This document shows positions 47,676 to 58,667 of a stretch of DNA of 64,000 bases, piece after piece. The position numbers and the translations under genes were made by a program. The stretch comes from an uncultured Acidobacteriota bacterium. GTDB taxonomy: Bacteria > Acidobacteriota > Thermoanaerobaculia > UBA5066. The stretch lies in NCBI GenBank assembly GCA_963779415.1, contig CAVZYA010000002.1:1344001-1408000 (forward strand), written 5' to 3'. Below the pieces are notes generated by a model that searched no databases, was not told the DNA's origin, and saw only the letters and a list, made by a program, of their open reading frames with translations. Every line of letters begins with the position of its first letter. The first letter of the stretch is position 1.

Positions 47676-50168
47676 TTAGTCCTTCGCCTGGGCGACGGTC
47701 TCCTGCATCTGCTTCCGCTCCTCGGCCGTCAACTGGTTCGCTCCGAGCTTGAAGGTGAGCTTGTTGATCGTGCCGGTGAACGGGAACGGAGAATCGTAGC
47801 GATACTCCAGCAGCGCGACGCCAGTGCGCGTGTCCGATCCGATGTCTAAGGTCTCATCCTCCGGGAATGTGATCGGCGTCGTGTGCTCCATGATGTTCCG
47901 GGCCACTTCCTGGCCGTCCACGGAGAGCACGCCCGTCCCGCCCTTGCCCAGGCCCGGGCCGTCGGACTTGAAGTCGAAGACGATGGTATGCCTGCCGGCG
48001 GCGAGCTCCGGCCCGTCCCACACCGTGCGCTTGAGGTCGAGCAGGTTGTAGAGGAAGACCGGCTTGCCCCGGCCGATTCCGAACTCGCCCTTGCTGAGAA
48101 AGAGCCCGTAGCCGCCGAAGCGCCCCCCGTCGGTGACGATCATCCCTTCCGCGCCTCCATCGGGGATCGTGACCTCGGCGGTGATGGTGTACGACTTGTT
48201 CAGGATGCTCGGGGCGCCGCTGTTCGGGACGCCCGTCAGCGTTCCCGTGTAGGTGAAGACCGTTCGTCCCCCTGTGAGGTTCGGCTTCGGCGCGTTCCAG
48301 CGCGTCAGGGACGAGTTGTCGAGTGGCAGCACGTCATGCTTCTTCGCCTCCAGATAGAAGAGGGACTGCATCTGCTTGAGCTTCTCCGGCATCCGGGCTG
48401 CCAGGTCGTCGGATTCGGTGGGATCCTCCTTGACGTTGTAGAGCTCCCACTTGTACCCCGTGATCACGTCGGGCGGCTTGGCCGTGCTCAGCTCCCACGG
48501 GAGCGTCGCCGGGGTCGTGGCCGCCACCCAACCGTCGTGGTAGATGGCGCGGTTGCCGAGCATCTCGAAATACTGCGTGGTATGCCTTGTGGGCGCGTTG
48601 GCGTTCGCCTGGTCCCAAGAATAGGCCATGCTCACGCCGTCCATCGGGCGCTGCTTAATGCCGTCGAGCGTGTCCGGCAACGGGATGCCGCTCGCCTCGA
48701 GGATGGTCGGAGCAATGTCGATGAGATGGTGAAACTGGCGGCGGATGCCGCCCGCGTCGTTGATGTGGCCGGGCCACGACATGGCCATGCCCTGGGCGGT
48801 GCCGCCGAAGTGCGACGCCACCTGCTTCGTCCACTTGAACGGCGTGTCCATCGCCCACGACCAGGGTGCCGCAAAGTGCGGGAAGGTTCGCTCGGACCCC
48901 CAGAACTCGTACCAGAGAAGCTGGTCCTTGACGGGCACTTCAACGCCATTGAAGGTGGTGAACTCGTTCGGTGTGCCGTTGAGCATCCCTTCAGGGCTCG
49001 CGCCATTGTCGCCCGCGATGTAGATGATCAGGGTGTTGTCGAGCTGGCCGAGGTCTTCGACCGCCTGGATGACGCGACCGATCTCGTAATCGGTGTACGC
49101 GAGGTACGCCCCGTAGACCTCCGCCTGCTTGATGAACAGCTTCTTCTCCACGAACCCGAGGGAATCCCACTCCGGCAGCTCCTTCGGCCAGGGGGTCAGC
49201 TTGGCGTTCGGAGGCATGATGCCGAGCCGCTTCTGGTTGGCGAAGATCGTCTCGCGCAGCTTGTTCCAGCCGCCGTCGAAGAGGTGCATGTCGCTGATCT
49301 TCTTGATCCACTCCGGCGTCGGATGATGTGGCGAGTGGGTGCCGCCCGGCACGTAATAGACGAGGAACGGCTTTTCGGGCGCGATCTCCTTGAGTTCCTT
49401 CATGTACCGGATCGCCTCGTCGGCCATGGCGGTGGTCAGGTTCCAGCCCGGTTTGCCCTGGAACGGGTAGATGGCCGTCGTGTTGCGGTAGAGGTTCGGC
49501 TGCCACTGGCTGGCGTCGCCGCCGACGAAGCCGTAAAAGTACTCGAAGCCCATGCCGTTCGGCCACTGGTCGAAGGGCCCGGCCTGGGTCGATTGGTAGA
49601 AGGGCGTGTTGTGGTCCTTGCCGAACCACGACGTCGCGTACCCGTTCTCCCTCAGGATGGTGCCGATGGTGCCGTTCTCCTTCCGGATGACCGAGTCGTA
49701 TCCCGGGAATCCCGTCGCAATTTCGCCCACCACTCCGAAGCCGGCCACGTGGTGGTTGCGCCCGGTGATCAAGGCCGCGCGCGAGGGCGAGCAGAGCGAC
49801 GTGGAGTGGAAATTCGTGTAACGCAGCCCGTTCTTCGCGATGCGATCCATGGCCGGTGTCGGAACGACGCCGCCGAACGTGCCCGGCGCGCCGAACCCGC
49901 TGTCGTCGGTCATGATGAGGAGCACGTTAGGCGCGCCCTTCGGCGGCACGACGCGCGGTGCCCACCACGCTTTCGACTCCGAGGCCTTTTCCTTGATCAC
50001 CCCGCCGAATTTCGGATCGGGCGGCGGAAGCTGTTTCCCGCTGATCGTGGCGGTGGCGCCGGGCGAACCGGGCGTGCCGGTCACCTGCTGTGCGAGGCCG
50101 GACGAGGAAGAGAGCGTAAAGGCGACACCGGAGACCGCGAGGGCGACGACCAGCTTGGCTGCCTTCAT
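47676..50168 (-). CDS. Arylsulfatase (Cys-type), secreted
   Basis: PNVLLIMTDD, CSPSRAALITGR, FGKDH, GDNG; signal peptide. Confidence 0.93.
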   Translation of the reverse strand: MKAAKLVVALAVSGVAFTLSSSSGLAQQVTGTPGSPGATATISGKQLPPPDPKFGGVIKEKASESKAWWAPRVVPPKGAPNVLLIMTDDSGFGAPGTFGGVVPTPAMDRIAKNGLRYTNFHSTSLCSPSRAALITGRNHHVAGFGVVGEIATGFPGYDSVIRKENGTIGTILRENGYATSWFGKDHNTPFYQSTQAGPFDQWPNGMGFEYFYGFVGGDASQWQPNLYRNTTAIYPFQGKPGWNLTTAMADEAIRYMKELKEIAPEKPFLVYYVPGGTHSPHHPTPEWIKKISDMHLFDGGWNKLRETIFANQKRLGIMPPNAKLTPWPKELPEWDSLGFVEKKLFIKQAEVYGAYLAYTDYEIGRVIQAVEDLGQLDNTLIIYIAGDNGASPEGMLNGTPNEFTTFNGVEVPVKDQLLWYEFWGSERTFPHFAAPWSWAMDTPFKWTKQVASHFGGTAQGMAMSWPGHINDAGGIRRQFHHLIDIAPTILEASGIPLPDTLDGIKQRPMDGVSMAYSWDQANANAPTRHTTQYFEMLGNRAIYHDGWVAATTPATLPWELSTAKPPDVITGYKWELYNVKEDPTESDDLAARMPEKLKQMQSLFYLEAKKHDVLPLDNSSLTRWNAPKPNLTGGRTVFTYTGTLTGVPNSGAPSILNKSYTITAEVTIPDGGAEGMIVTDGGRFGGYGLFLSKGEFGIGRGKPVFLYNLLDLKRTVWDGPELAAGRHTIVFDFKSDGPGLGKGGTGVLSVDGQEVARNIMEHTTPITFPEDETLDIGSDTRTGVALLEYRYDSPFPFTGTINKLTFKLGANQLTAEERKQMQETVAQAKD

Positions 50169-50204
50169 GCGAGGCTCCTTTGTTTCGATCTGGATTCTTT
50201 CATG

Positions 50205-50710
50205 TCAGAGATCGGAGCGGGTCTCGAGCAGTCTCTTCCGCGTGTAGGCGATCAGGCCGCCGGCGTCGATGATCGCCTGCCGGGCTGCCGGGAGCGGGAC
50301 GACGGCCAACGACTCTTCCCGGTCGTCCGGTTGATGACGCGGTCGCCCGCGACCTCGAGCTCGTCGCCGACCGACGCCTCGAGGTCCGGGGGCCGTGACG
50401 ACGTGAAGGCCGAGGTTGATCGCGTTCTGGAGGAAGATCCGGGCGAAGCTCCTTCGCCACGATCGTCAGCTCGTACCCCTTGAGCGCGGAGACGGCCTGC
50501 TCGCGGGAGGAGCCGCAGCCGAAGTTCTTCCCGCCGACGAGGATCGACCCGGCGGGGAACTCCTTCGCCCTCAGCCGCGCGTTGAAGCCGGCGTCGTCGG
50601 CGAACGCGAACTGCGGCGTCTCGGTCGGGAGGACGGTCGCCATGTAGCGGCCGGGGTAGATGACGTCGGTGGAGACGTCGTCGCCCGAGGACGCAGACGA
50701 CCTTCGCCAT
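50205..50710 (-). CDS. LeuD/HacB-type aconitase small subunit (frameshifted in this assembly)
   Basis: GDDVSTDVIYPGRYM, GKNFGCGSSREQA, FARIF..NAINLG, IIDAGGL across frames. Confidence 0.85.
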
Positions 50711-50711
50711 C

Positions 50712-52017
50712 TCAGCGCGCTCCCTTCCGCGGGTCGGTGATGACGCCCGCCACGGCCGAGGCCGCGGCGACGGCGGGAGAGCAGAGGTAGACCTCGGAGG
50801 TCGGGGTTCCCCATCCGCCCCTTGAAGTTCCGGTTCGTCGTGGAGAGGGCGACCTCGCCGTCCCCGAGCGCCCCCTCGTGGACGCCGAGGCAGGGGCCGC
50901 AGCCGGCGTTCATGACGACGGCGCCCGCCGCGCATGAAGTCGGCGATGTAGCCTCTTCGCCAGCGCCTCCTGCTAGATCCTGCCCGGAGGCGGGGAAGAC
51001 GAGCATCCGGGTCCCCGCGGCGACCTTCTTCCCGCGGAGGACGTCGGCCGCGGCGGCGAGGTCGTCGAGCCGGCCGTTCGTGCAGGAGCCGATGACGACC
51101 TGGTGGACCCTGACCCCTTCGACCGCCTCGACCGGCTTGACGTTGTCGACGGTGTGCGGGCAGGCGATCTGCGGCCCGAGAGCGGAGACGTCGACCTCGA
51201 GGACCCGCTCGTAGACCGCGTCGGCGTCCGGGGACGACGAGGTCGAGCGGGTCCGTGACGCCCGCTTCCTCGCGGAGGTAGCGGAGCGTCTCGTCGTCGG
51301 CGGGGACGATGCCCGACGTGGCCCCCGCCTCGACCGACATGTTGCAGAGGACGAGGCGGCCCGAGGTCGGACATCTTCCGGATCGTCTCGCCGTGGAACT
51401 CGAGCACCCGGAAGTTCGCCCCCTGCGCGCGTGAGCTTGCCGATCAGGTGGAGGATCAGGTCCTTCGGGCCGACGAAACGGCGGGAAGTCGCCCGTTCAC
51501 GACGACCTTGATCGTCGTCGGCACCTCGACGTTCAGGGCGGCGCCGAGCGCCCAGACGCTCGCCATCTCGGTGGCGCCGATGCCGAACGCGAAAGCGCCG
51601 AGCGCCCCGTGGCTCGTCGTGTGCGAGTCGGTCCCGACGACGACCTGGCCCGGGCCGGACGTAGCCGTACTCGGGAAGGATCTGGTGGCAGATGCCGCCG
51701 TGTCGCCCCGGATGTCGTGGAACCGGGCGATCCCGTGCTGCGGCGACGAACTGCGCGGACTTTCTTCTGGTTCGTCGCGGTCTTCGGCGACTCGGCCGGG
51801 ATCCGGTGGTCGAAGATGATCGCGATCCGCGACGGGTCCCAGACCTTCGGCGTCGCGCCCGGTCCCCTTCGTAGATCTCGAGGAACTGGTTGATGACGAG
51901 CGCGGCGTTCTCGTGCGACATCGCGAGGTCGACGCGCGGCTCGACGACGTCCCCCGCCTTCGCGCCGCGGGCGCCCGCGGCGCGGGCCAGGATCTTTTCG
52001 ACGACGGTCTTGCCCAT
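50712..52017 (-). CDS. LeuC/HacA-type aconitase large subunit (frameshifted in this assembly)
   Basis: [53 protein letters not shown]. Confidence 0.9.
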
Positions 52018-52046
52018 GTGGTGCTCTCCCTGTCGACGGATCTCCT

Positions 52047-53271
52047 TCAGACGACTTCCGCTCGATCGCTCTTCCTCAGCTCGGCGATCTCCTCCGCCGC
52101 GTAGCCGAGGCCGCCGAGGATCTCCTCCGTGTGCTGGGCCCCGAGGCGCGGAGGCGGCGCGTCGATACGCGCCCGGGCGTCCTTCGAGAACTGCGCGGTC
52201 AGGTTGAAGAGGGGGAGGTCGCCGATCGCCGGGACGCGTCGACGGTCCGCAAGCGTCCTCCGGTGGGCGACCTGCGGCTGCGCGAGCGCCTCCGCGAGCG
52301 TGAGGATCGCGCCCGAGGGGACGTCGTGCGCGTTGAGCGCCTCGACCCACTCGGCCGTCGGCCTGCTCCGCGAGCTTCTCCTCGAGGAGCGGCGTCAGAG
52401 CCTGCCGGTTCTTCTTCCGCGTGTCGCGCTCGGCGAAGCGCGGGTCGGCCTTCAGCTCCGGCACGCCGAGGACGTCGGCCACCGCCTCCCACTGCTCCTG
52501 CTTGTTGGCGGCGATGTTGATCGTAGCCGTCCTTCGTGCGCGAACGTCCCCGACGGCGCGGCGGTGAAGTTGTCGTTCCCGAGCAGCGACCGGCGGCTGC
52601 CCGCCGATCAGGAGGTTCGCGGCGACCCAGCCCATCAGCGGCATGATCGAGTCGAGAAGAGCGACGTCGATCATCTGCCCCTCGCCCGTCCTCTCGCGGT
52701 GGAAGAGGGCGGCCATGACGGCGAAGGCCGCGTTCAGCCCTCCGACGGTGTCGCAGACCGGAAATCCGGCGCGGAGCGGGTTCAGCCGCTCGTCGCCGTT
52801 GACGGCCATCTCGCCGGAGAGCCCCTGGATGATCTGGTCGTAGGCGGGCTTCTCGCGCGTCGGGGCCGGTCTGGCCGAAGCCGGAGATCGCGCAGTAGAC
52901 GAGGCGCGGGTTGACCTCGCCAGGCCTCGTACGCGAGGCCGAGCCGCTTCATGACGCCGGGGCGGAAATTCTCGACGAGGACGTCGGCCTGTCGCGAGCG
53001 AGCCTCCGGAAGACCTCGCGCCCCTCGGCGCGTCTTCAGGTTCAGGGTCACCGACTTCTTGTTCGCGTTCTGGGCGAGGAAGCTCGTCCCCATCAGCTCC
53101 TTGTTCAGCTTCGGGACGTTCCCCAGCTTCCGCGCGAGGTCGCCGTCTGTCGGGTTCTCGATCTTGATCACCTCGGCCCCGAGGAGGGCGAGGTGGAGCG
53201 TCGCGAAGGGGCCCGAGAGGACGTTCGTCAGGTCGAGGACGCGGACTCCCTCGAGGAGCCTTCTTCGTCAT
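52047..53271 (-). CDS. Class III CoA-transferase (CaiB/BaiF) (frameshifted in this assembly)
   Basis: VLDLTNVLSGPF, GAEVIKIE, NANKKSVTLNLK, VENFRPG, AYDQIIQGLSG. Confidence 0.88.
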
Positions 53272-54220
53272 GCCGTCCCCCGCGCCGGGGCGGCCGCTGC
53301 GGGACCGGCCCGGTCTTGTGGACGCGCCCCGGCATCTCGCGGCCGAAGAAGGCCGCGACGTCGCGGGCGACGTCCGATCAGGGCGGCGAGGTCGACGTCG
53401 CGTGCGGAGATCCATCCGCTGGAGGGCGTGGACGAGGTCTTCGGTCGCGACGTTCCCGGCCGCGACCTTCGTGAACGGGCAGCCGCCGAGCCCGGCGAAG
53501 GAGGACTCGAACGACGTGACGCTCCGGCGCGCGAGGGCGGCGAAGACGTTCGCCATCCCGACCCCGTAGGTGTCGTGGAAGTGGCAGGCCGCCTCGATCC
53601 CGGGCGCGAGGGCGAGGAGACCGCGAGTAGAGGCGGGTCACCTGCGCCGGGTGCGCGTGCCCGGCCGTGTCGGCGAGGCTGATCTGCAGGAGCCCCGCGT
53701 CGACGTAGGCGCGGGCAGATACCGAGAACCCGCTCCTCGGGAACCGGCCCTTCGTAAGCCGCAGCCGAAGGCCGACTGGACGGAGACCTGGACGGGCTTT
53801 CCGGCGGCGAGCGGCCTCATTCGCCATCGCAAGGATCCGCCGCGTCGCCTCCTCGGTCCCCATGCCCGTGTTCTTCCGGCTGTGCGTCTCGCTGGCGGAG
53901 ACGCCCATGCAGAACAGCTCGACTCCGCGGCGAGGCCGCGCTCGAGCCCCTTCTCGTTCAGGACGAGAGCCCGAGAGGAGGGCGCGTCCGTCCCGGCGCG
54001 CCGTCGCGTCCTGAGGCGGCGGAAGAGCGCATCGGTGTCGGCCATCTGCGGGACCTTCCCCGGGTGGACGAAGGAGCCCACCTGCACGACGTCGAGGCCC
54101 GAAGCCGAGAGCCGCGCGATCCAGTCGGCCTTCGTCTCCGTCGGCACGACGCGTCTTCTCCACCTGCAGGCCGTCGCGAGGCCCGACCTCGTGGAGGACG
54201 ATCTTCCGCGTCGGATCCAC
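53268..54220 (-). CDS. HMG-CoA lyase-like DRE-TIM metallolyase (frameshifted in this assembly)
   Basis: EVGPRDGLQ, SFVHPGKVPQMAD, SLADTAG, HFHDTYG, GLGGCPF, GNVATED. Confidence 0.88.
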
Positions 54221-54232
54221 GTCGGCGGCGCC

Positions 54233-55358
54233 TCAGAGGGCCCGGGCGACGGCTTCGCCCATCTCGAGCGTCGTCGCTTTTCCGCCCATGTCGTACGTCC
54301 GGACCTTCCCCTCGGCGACGACCTTCGCGACGGCCGCCTCGACGCGGCGCCCCTTCTCCCCCTCGCCGAGCCAGTCGAGCATCATCTTCGCGGCGAGGAT
54401 CGTGGCGAGCGGGTTGACCTTGTACTGCCCGGCGTACTTCGGCGCCGAGCCGTGCGACGGCTCGAAGACCGCCAGCTTCTCGCCGATGTTCCCCGAGCAG
54501 CCGAAGCCGAGGCCGCCCACCATCTGGGCCGCGAGGTCCGAGATGATGTCGCCGTAGAGGTTGGGCGCCACGAGGACGTCGTACTCGAACGGGTTCTTGA
54601 GGAGCCACATGCAGATGGCGTCGACGTTCGCGTCGTCCGTCGCGATGTCCGGGAACTCGGCGGCGACCTTTCGTCGCCTCCTCGAAGAAGAGGCCGTCGG
54701 ACGCGCGGACGACGTTCGCCTTGTGGACGATCGTCACCTTCTCGCCGCCCGTGCTTCCGTGGCGAACTCGTAGGCGGCCCGGGCGATCCGCGAGGAGCCC
54801 TTCCGCGTGTTCACCTTGCAGGAGATCGCGTACTGCGTCGCGCGGGCAGCGGGGCGAAGGGCGCGAACGGCCTTCGAGAGCTTCGCGAGGACGCCCGAGA
54901 GCTCGAGCGGGACGGGCGAGAACTCGACCCCCGCGTAGAGGTCCTCGGTGTTCTCGCGGAAGATGACGAGGTCGATCCCGTCCTTGAGGTTGAGCGGATT
55001 CCCCGGGTAGGCCTTGCAGGGCCGCAGGCAGACGTAGAGGTCGAAGAGCTGCCGCATCCGGACGATCGGGGAGCGGTAGGTGAGCCCCTTCCCCTTCAGC
55101 TCCGGGACGAGCTCTTCCTCGGCCGCGCTGACCGGCTTCGAGGTGATCGCCCCGAACATCGCCGCGTCGACGTTCCGGAGGAGGTCGACGGTCCGCTGCG
55201 GGGAACGCGTCCCCCTCCCGGCGCCAGAACTCCCAGCCGATGTCGCCGTGCGGGTAGACGGCGTCGAGCTTCAGCGCGTCGAGGACGAGCCGCGCCGCCT
55301 CCATCACCTCGACGCCGACGCCGTCTCCCGGCAGCCAGGCGATCCGGTACTGACTCAT
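54233..55358 (-). CDS. Isocitrate/isopropylmalate dehydrogenase family, homoisocitrate-DH-like (frameshifted in this assembly)
   Basis: LPGDGVGVEV, FGAITS, YRSPIVRMRQLFDLY, RENTED, HKANV, NLYGDIISD, FEPSHGSAP. Confidence 0.88.
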
Positions 55359-55409
55359 CGAAAAGCTCCCCCGCGCCCCTTCGGGAGGCGCCTTCCGAAG
55401 CGTCGCCGG

Positions 55410-55446
55410 GCCACGATCCATGGTCCATGAGCCAGATGGCTCATGG
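55410..55446. promoter_or_regulatory. Putative operator: perfect 22-bp palindrome with 7-bp periodic repeats
   Basis: CCATGAGCCA-GA-TGGCTCATGG (55425-55446); CCACGAT/CCATGGT/CCATGAG/CCAGATG heptamers. Confidence 0.55.
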
Positions 55447-55470
55447 CCGGAGCGCCCCTTGGTTGCGACC

Positions 55471-56953
55471 TCACCAGGGGAGGCCGCGGATCTCCCGCGC
55501 GCGGCGGTAGACGGCGTCGTACGCGGAGGCGGAACGGTCCCACGAGAAGTCCTGCGCCATGCCGTTCGCGATCAGGCGGCTCCACGCGCCGGGGTGATGG
55601 AAGAGCCCCTGCGCCCGGAGGATCTCGGCGGCCAGCTCGTGCGAGGCGGGGTTCTCGAAGACGAAGCCGGTGCCGCGGTCGAGGTTTTGGCCGTCGAAGC
55701 CCGCGACGGAGTCCGCGAGACCGCCGACGCGCCGGACGATCGGAGGCGTCCCGTAGGCGAGCGAGTACATCTGGTTCAGGCCGCACGGCTCGAAGCGCGA
55801 CGGCATGACGTAGGCGTCCGATCCGGCCTCGATCTTGTGGGCCAGCTCCTCGCTGTAGCCGACGAAGGCGGCGGCGCGCCCGGGGTGCTGCGCCGCGAAC
55901 CGGCGGATCGCATGCTCGAGCTGCGGCTCGCCCGTGCCGAGAAGGACGATCCGGACGCCCCGGCGGATCAGCTCGGGCGCGGCCCCCATGACGAGGTCGA
56001 AGCCCTTCTGGTCGGTCAGCCGGCCGACGGAGCCGAGGACCATTCCGGTGTCGTCCGGGTCGAAGCCGGCGATCCGGCAGAGGTCTCGCCGGCAGAGCGG
56101 CTTGCCCGAGAGGTCGGTGAGCGAGTAGCGCGCGGCGATGGCGTCGTCGACGGCGGGATTCCAGACGTCCGTATCGACGCCGTTCAGGATTCCGACGAGC
56201 CGGTCGCTCCGCATCCGGAGAATCCCGTCGAGGCCGGCGCCTCCTTCGCGCGTCGTGATCTCCCAGGCGTAGGTGGGCGAGACCGCCGTGATCATGTCGG
56301 CCGCCACGATCGCCCCCTTGAGGAGGTTGACGGCACCGGCGAACTCGATCGCCCCGCCCGTCCACGCCTCCGGCGGGAGGCCGAGCGCCCGGAACTCCTC
56401 CGGGCCGTAGACCCCCTGGTAGGAGACGTTGTGGATCGTCAGGACCGAAGCGACGTCGTCGAACCAGCGGTCGCGCCAGCTGCTCCAGGCCCCCAGCATG
56501 ACGGCGAGAGCGGGGTGCCAGTCGTGCGTGTGGAGGATCTGGGGGCGCCGACCCATCCGCCTCATCGCCTCGATCGCGGCCCGGACGAAGACCGTGAACC
56601 GCCAGAGCCCGTCGTCGCGCCCCGAGGCGTCCGGCGCATAGATCCGGGTCCGGTGGAAGAGCGGGTCGTGCGCCACGAAGAAGACGGGGACCGTGCTTCC
56701 CGGAAGCGTTCCGCGGAGAAGGCCGATCGTGTAGGCGCGGCCGAGGACGGAGACCTCGAACGGGGGGATCGCCTGCTCGGGCCAGGTCGAGCCTCCGGCG
56801 ATACCAGTCCGCGGTCTCGAGGTGGAACGGGAGGAAGACGTCGACGTCGTGCCCGCGGGCCGCCTGGGCCTTCGGGAGCGCGCCGACGACGTCGCCGAGG
56901 CCTCCCGTCTTCGCGAATGGAACGCACTCGGCAGAGAGGTGCGTGATCCTCAC
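55471..56953 (-). CDS. glgA: Glycogen synthase (frameshift near 56790)
   Basis: AECVPFAKTGGLGDV, HTHDWH, LTIHN..YQG, TAVSPTYA, MPSRFEPCGLNQ. Confidence 0.92.
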
Positions 56954-57815
56954 GCGGCCCCTTGCGCCGCCGGCCGCGGACTCCCAGAGAACCGCGGCGT
57001 AGCCGACGACGCGCGAGAGGTCGCCGAAGGCGTCGCCCGAGTCCCCCTGCGCGACGATTCGGGGCGGCGCGGCCCCGAGGATCTCGAGCGCCCGGAGGAG
57101 CGCCGTCGCGGGGAGGACGCCGCACATGGAGATCCGATCCCTCCCGAGGATCGTGTCGAAGAAGGCCTGCGGCTCGCCCGCTTTGAGCGCGGCGAGGGCG
57201 CGGTCGTCCTTCACGCGGTTCTGCGTCCGGGGAAGGTAGTGGTTGAGGTCGGAGGAGACGACGATCGCCACGACGCTCGCCGCGCTCGCCGGCGCGGTGG
57301 ACGGCCCCGGCGACGGCGTCGCCGACCGCGAGGCAGAGAGCGAGATCGGGCTCGCCGATGGAGACGCAGACGATCGAGAGGTCCGGGACCGCCTTCTGGA
57401 GGAACGGGAGGATCACCTCGATCGAATGCTCGTCGCGGTGTGCCGCCTCGTCCTCGCGGATCTCGCGGCAGAGGGAGAGGAGGTCGGCCGCGAAGGCCGC
57501 GTTCGCGGGGACGTCGCCGAGAGGCGTCCTCCATGCGGCGGAAGGCGACAGGGCCGCCGCGGCGCCGGCCCCGTGATGGTTCGGGCCGAGGAGGAGGACG
57601 GTGGACGGCCACGCGACGGAGGCGACCCCCGCCGCGGCGATGCCGCCGGAGTAGACGTGACCGGCGTGGGGGAGGAGGAGCGCCCGGAAGCGCTCCGCCG
57701 GGACGCGGGGAGAGGAGTGCGCGGCGAGAAGCCGCCCGACCGTGGCCGAGAGGCGCGCGGGCTCTCCCTCGTAGAACGTGCCGGCGACCGCGGAGGGCCG
57801 GACGGATCTCTTCAA
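56950..57815 (-). CDS. MEMO1 family (AmmeMemoRadiSam system protein B) (frameshift near 57270)
   Basis: RPSAVAGTFY, PHAGHVYSG, LGPNH, EHSIEV, SSDLNHY, SMCG, VVGYA. Confidence 0.88.
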
Positions 57816-58653
57816 TTCACGAGGACGGTCGCCGCATGGCGTCTCGCCCCGGCGGCGACGGTGATGGTCGCGGTCCCGGGCCCTTCGGCGCGGACGACGC
57901 CGTTCGCGACCGAGGCGACCTTCGGGTCGGAGGTCGTCCAGACGAGCGCCGGCTCCTCGACGAGCGCCCCGGTCGAGTCCTTCACGACGGGGTTGATCCG
58001 CTGCGTGTCCCCCGTCTTCAGGATGAGGGTGAGCGGGGCGATGTCGAAGGAGGCGATTTCGCGAAAGAGGACGCGCAGCTCGCACCCGGCCGACAGCTCG
58101 CTGCCGAGGCTGGCCGTCACGGCGGCCTTTCCCTCGGCGACCGAGGTGACGAGGCCCGTATCCGTCACCGCGACGACCTTCGGGTCGGAGGTCGCCCACT
58201 TCGCCGGGATCGCCACCGGCTGTCCCTTCGAGTCGCGGGAGTCGATGGTGAGGTTGAGGGTCGTTCCGGCGGGACCGACGAGCGTGGCGCGGGGCGGGAT
58301 GACGGACATCGAGGAGACGTCGACGACCTCGACCGAGGCCGTTCCGGAGAGCGGCGCCCAGCTTGCCGACGATCTGCGTCCGGCCCGGGCCGACGGACTT
58401 CACGATCCCCGAGGGCTCCACCGTGGCCACTTTCGGGTTGGAGCTTTCCCACGTGACGTTCTGCGTCGGGAACCGGCTTCCCCTTCTTGTCGAGGACCTC
58501 GGCCTTGACGGAGACGTGGCGGTCCTTACCGAAGACCAGGATCTTGGGCGGCGTCACCCGCACCTCGGCCGGCTTCGGCCTGCACGCGGAGAGGAGGACG
58601 CCCAGGAAAAGAAGCGCCGCGATGCCGCGGCGCGGCGTGCTGGCTTTCCTCAT
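57812..58653 (-). CDS. Ig-like (BIG2) repeat lipoprotein (frameshifted in this assembly)
   Basis: Lipobox LSAC; three W.SS.PKVA.V..G repeats. Confidence 0.8.
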
Positions 58654-58667
58654 GTCGTCGGCCGATT

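Noticed and set aside
50200-53556. 1118-aa lyase/CoA-transferase/aconitase fusion protein
   Set aside because: A mosaic of in-frame and out-of-frame fragments produced by indels; each gene has its own start and stop
50205-55358. Plain leuBCD biosynthetic operon
   Set aside because: No leuA or ilv genes; a lyase and CoA-transferase are embedded; motifs deviate from LeuB/LeuD. Not fully excluded without phylogeny, so no gene symbols were assigned
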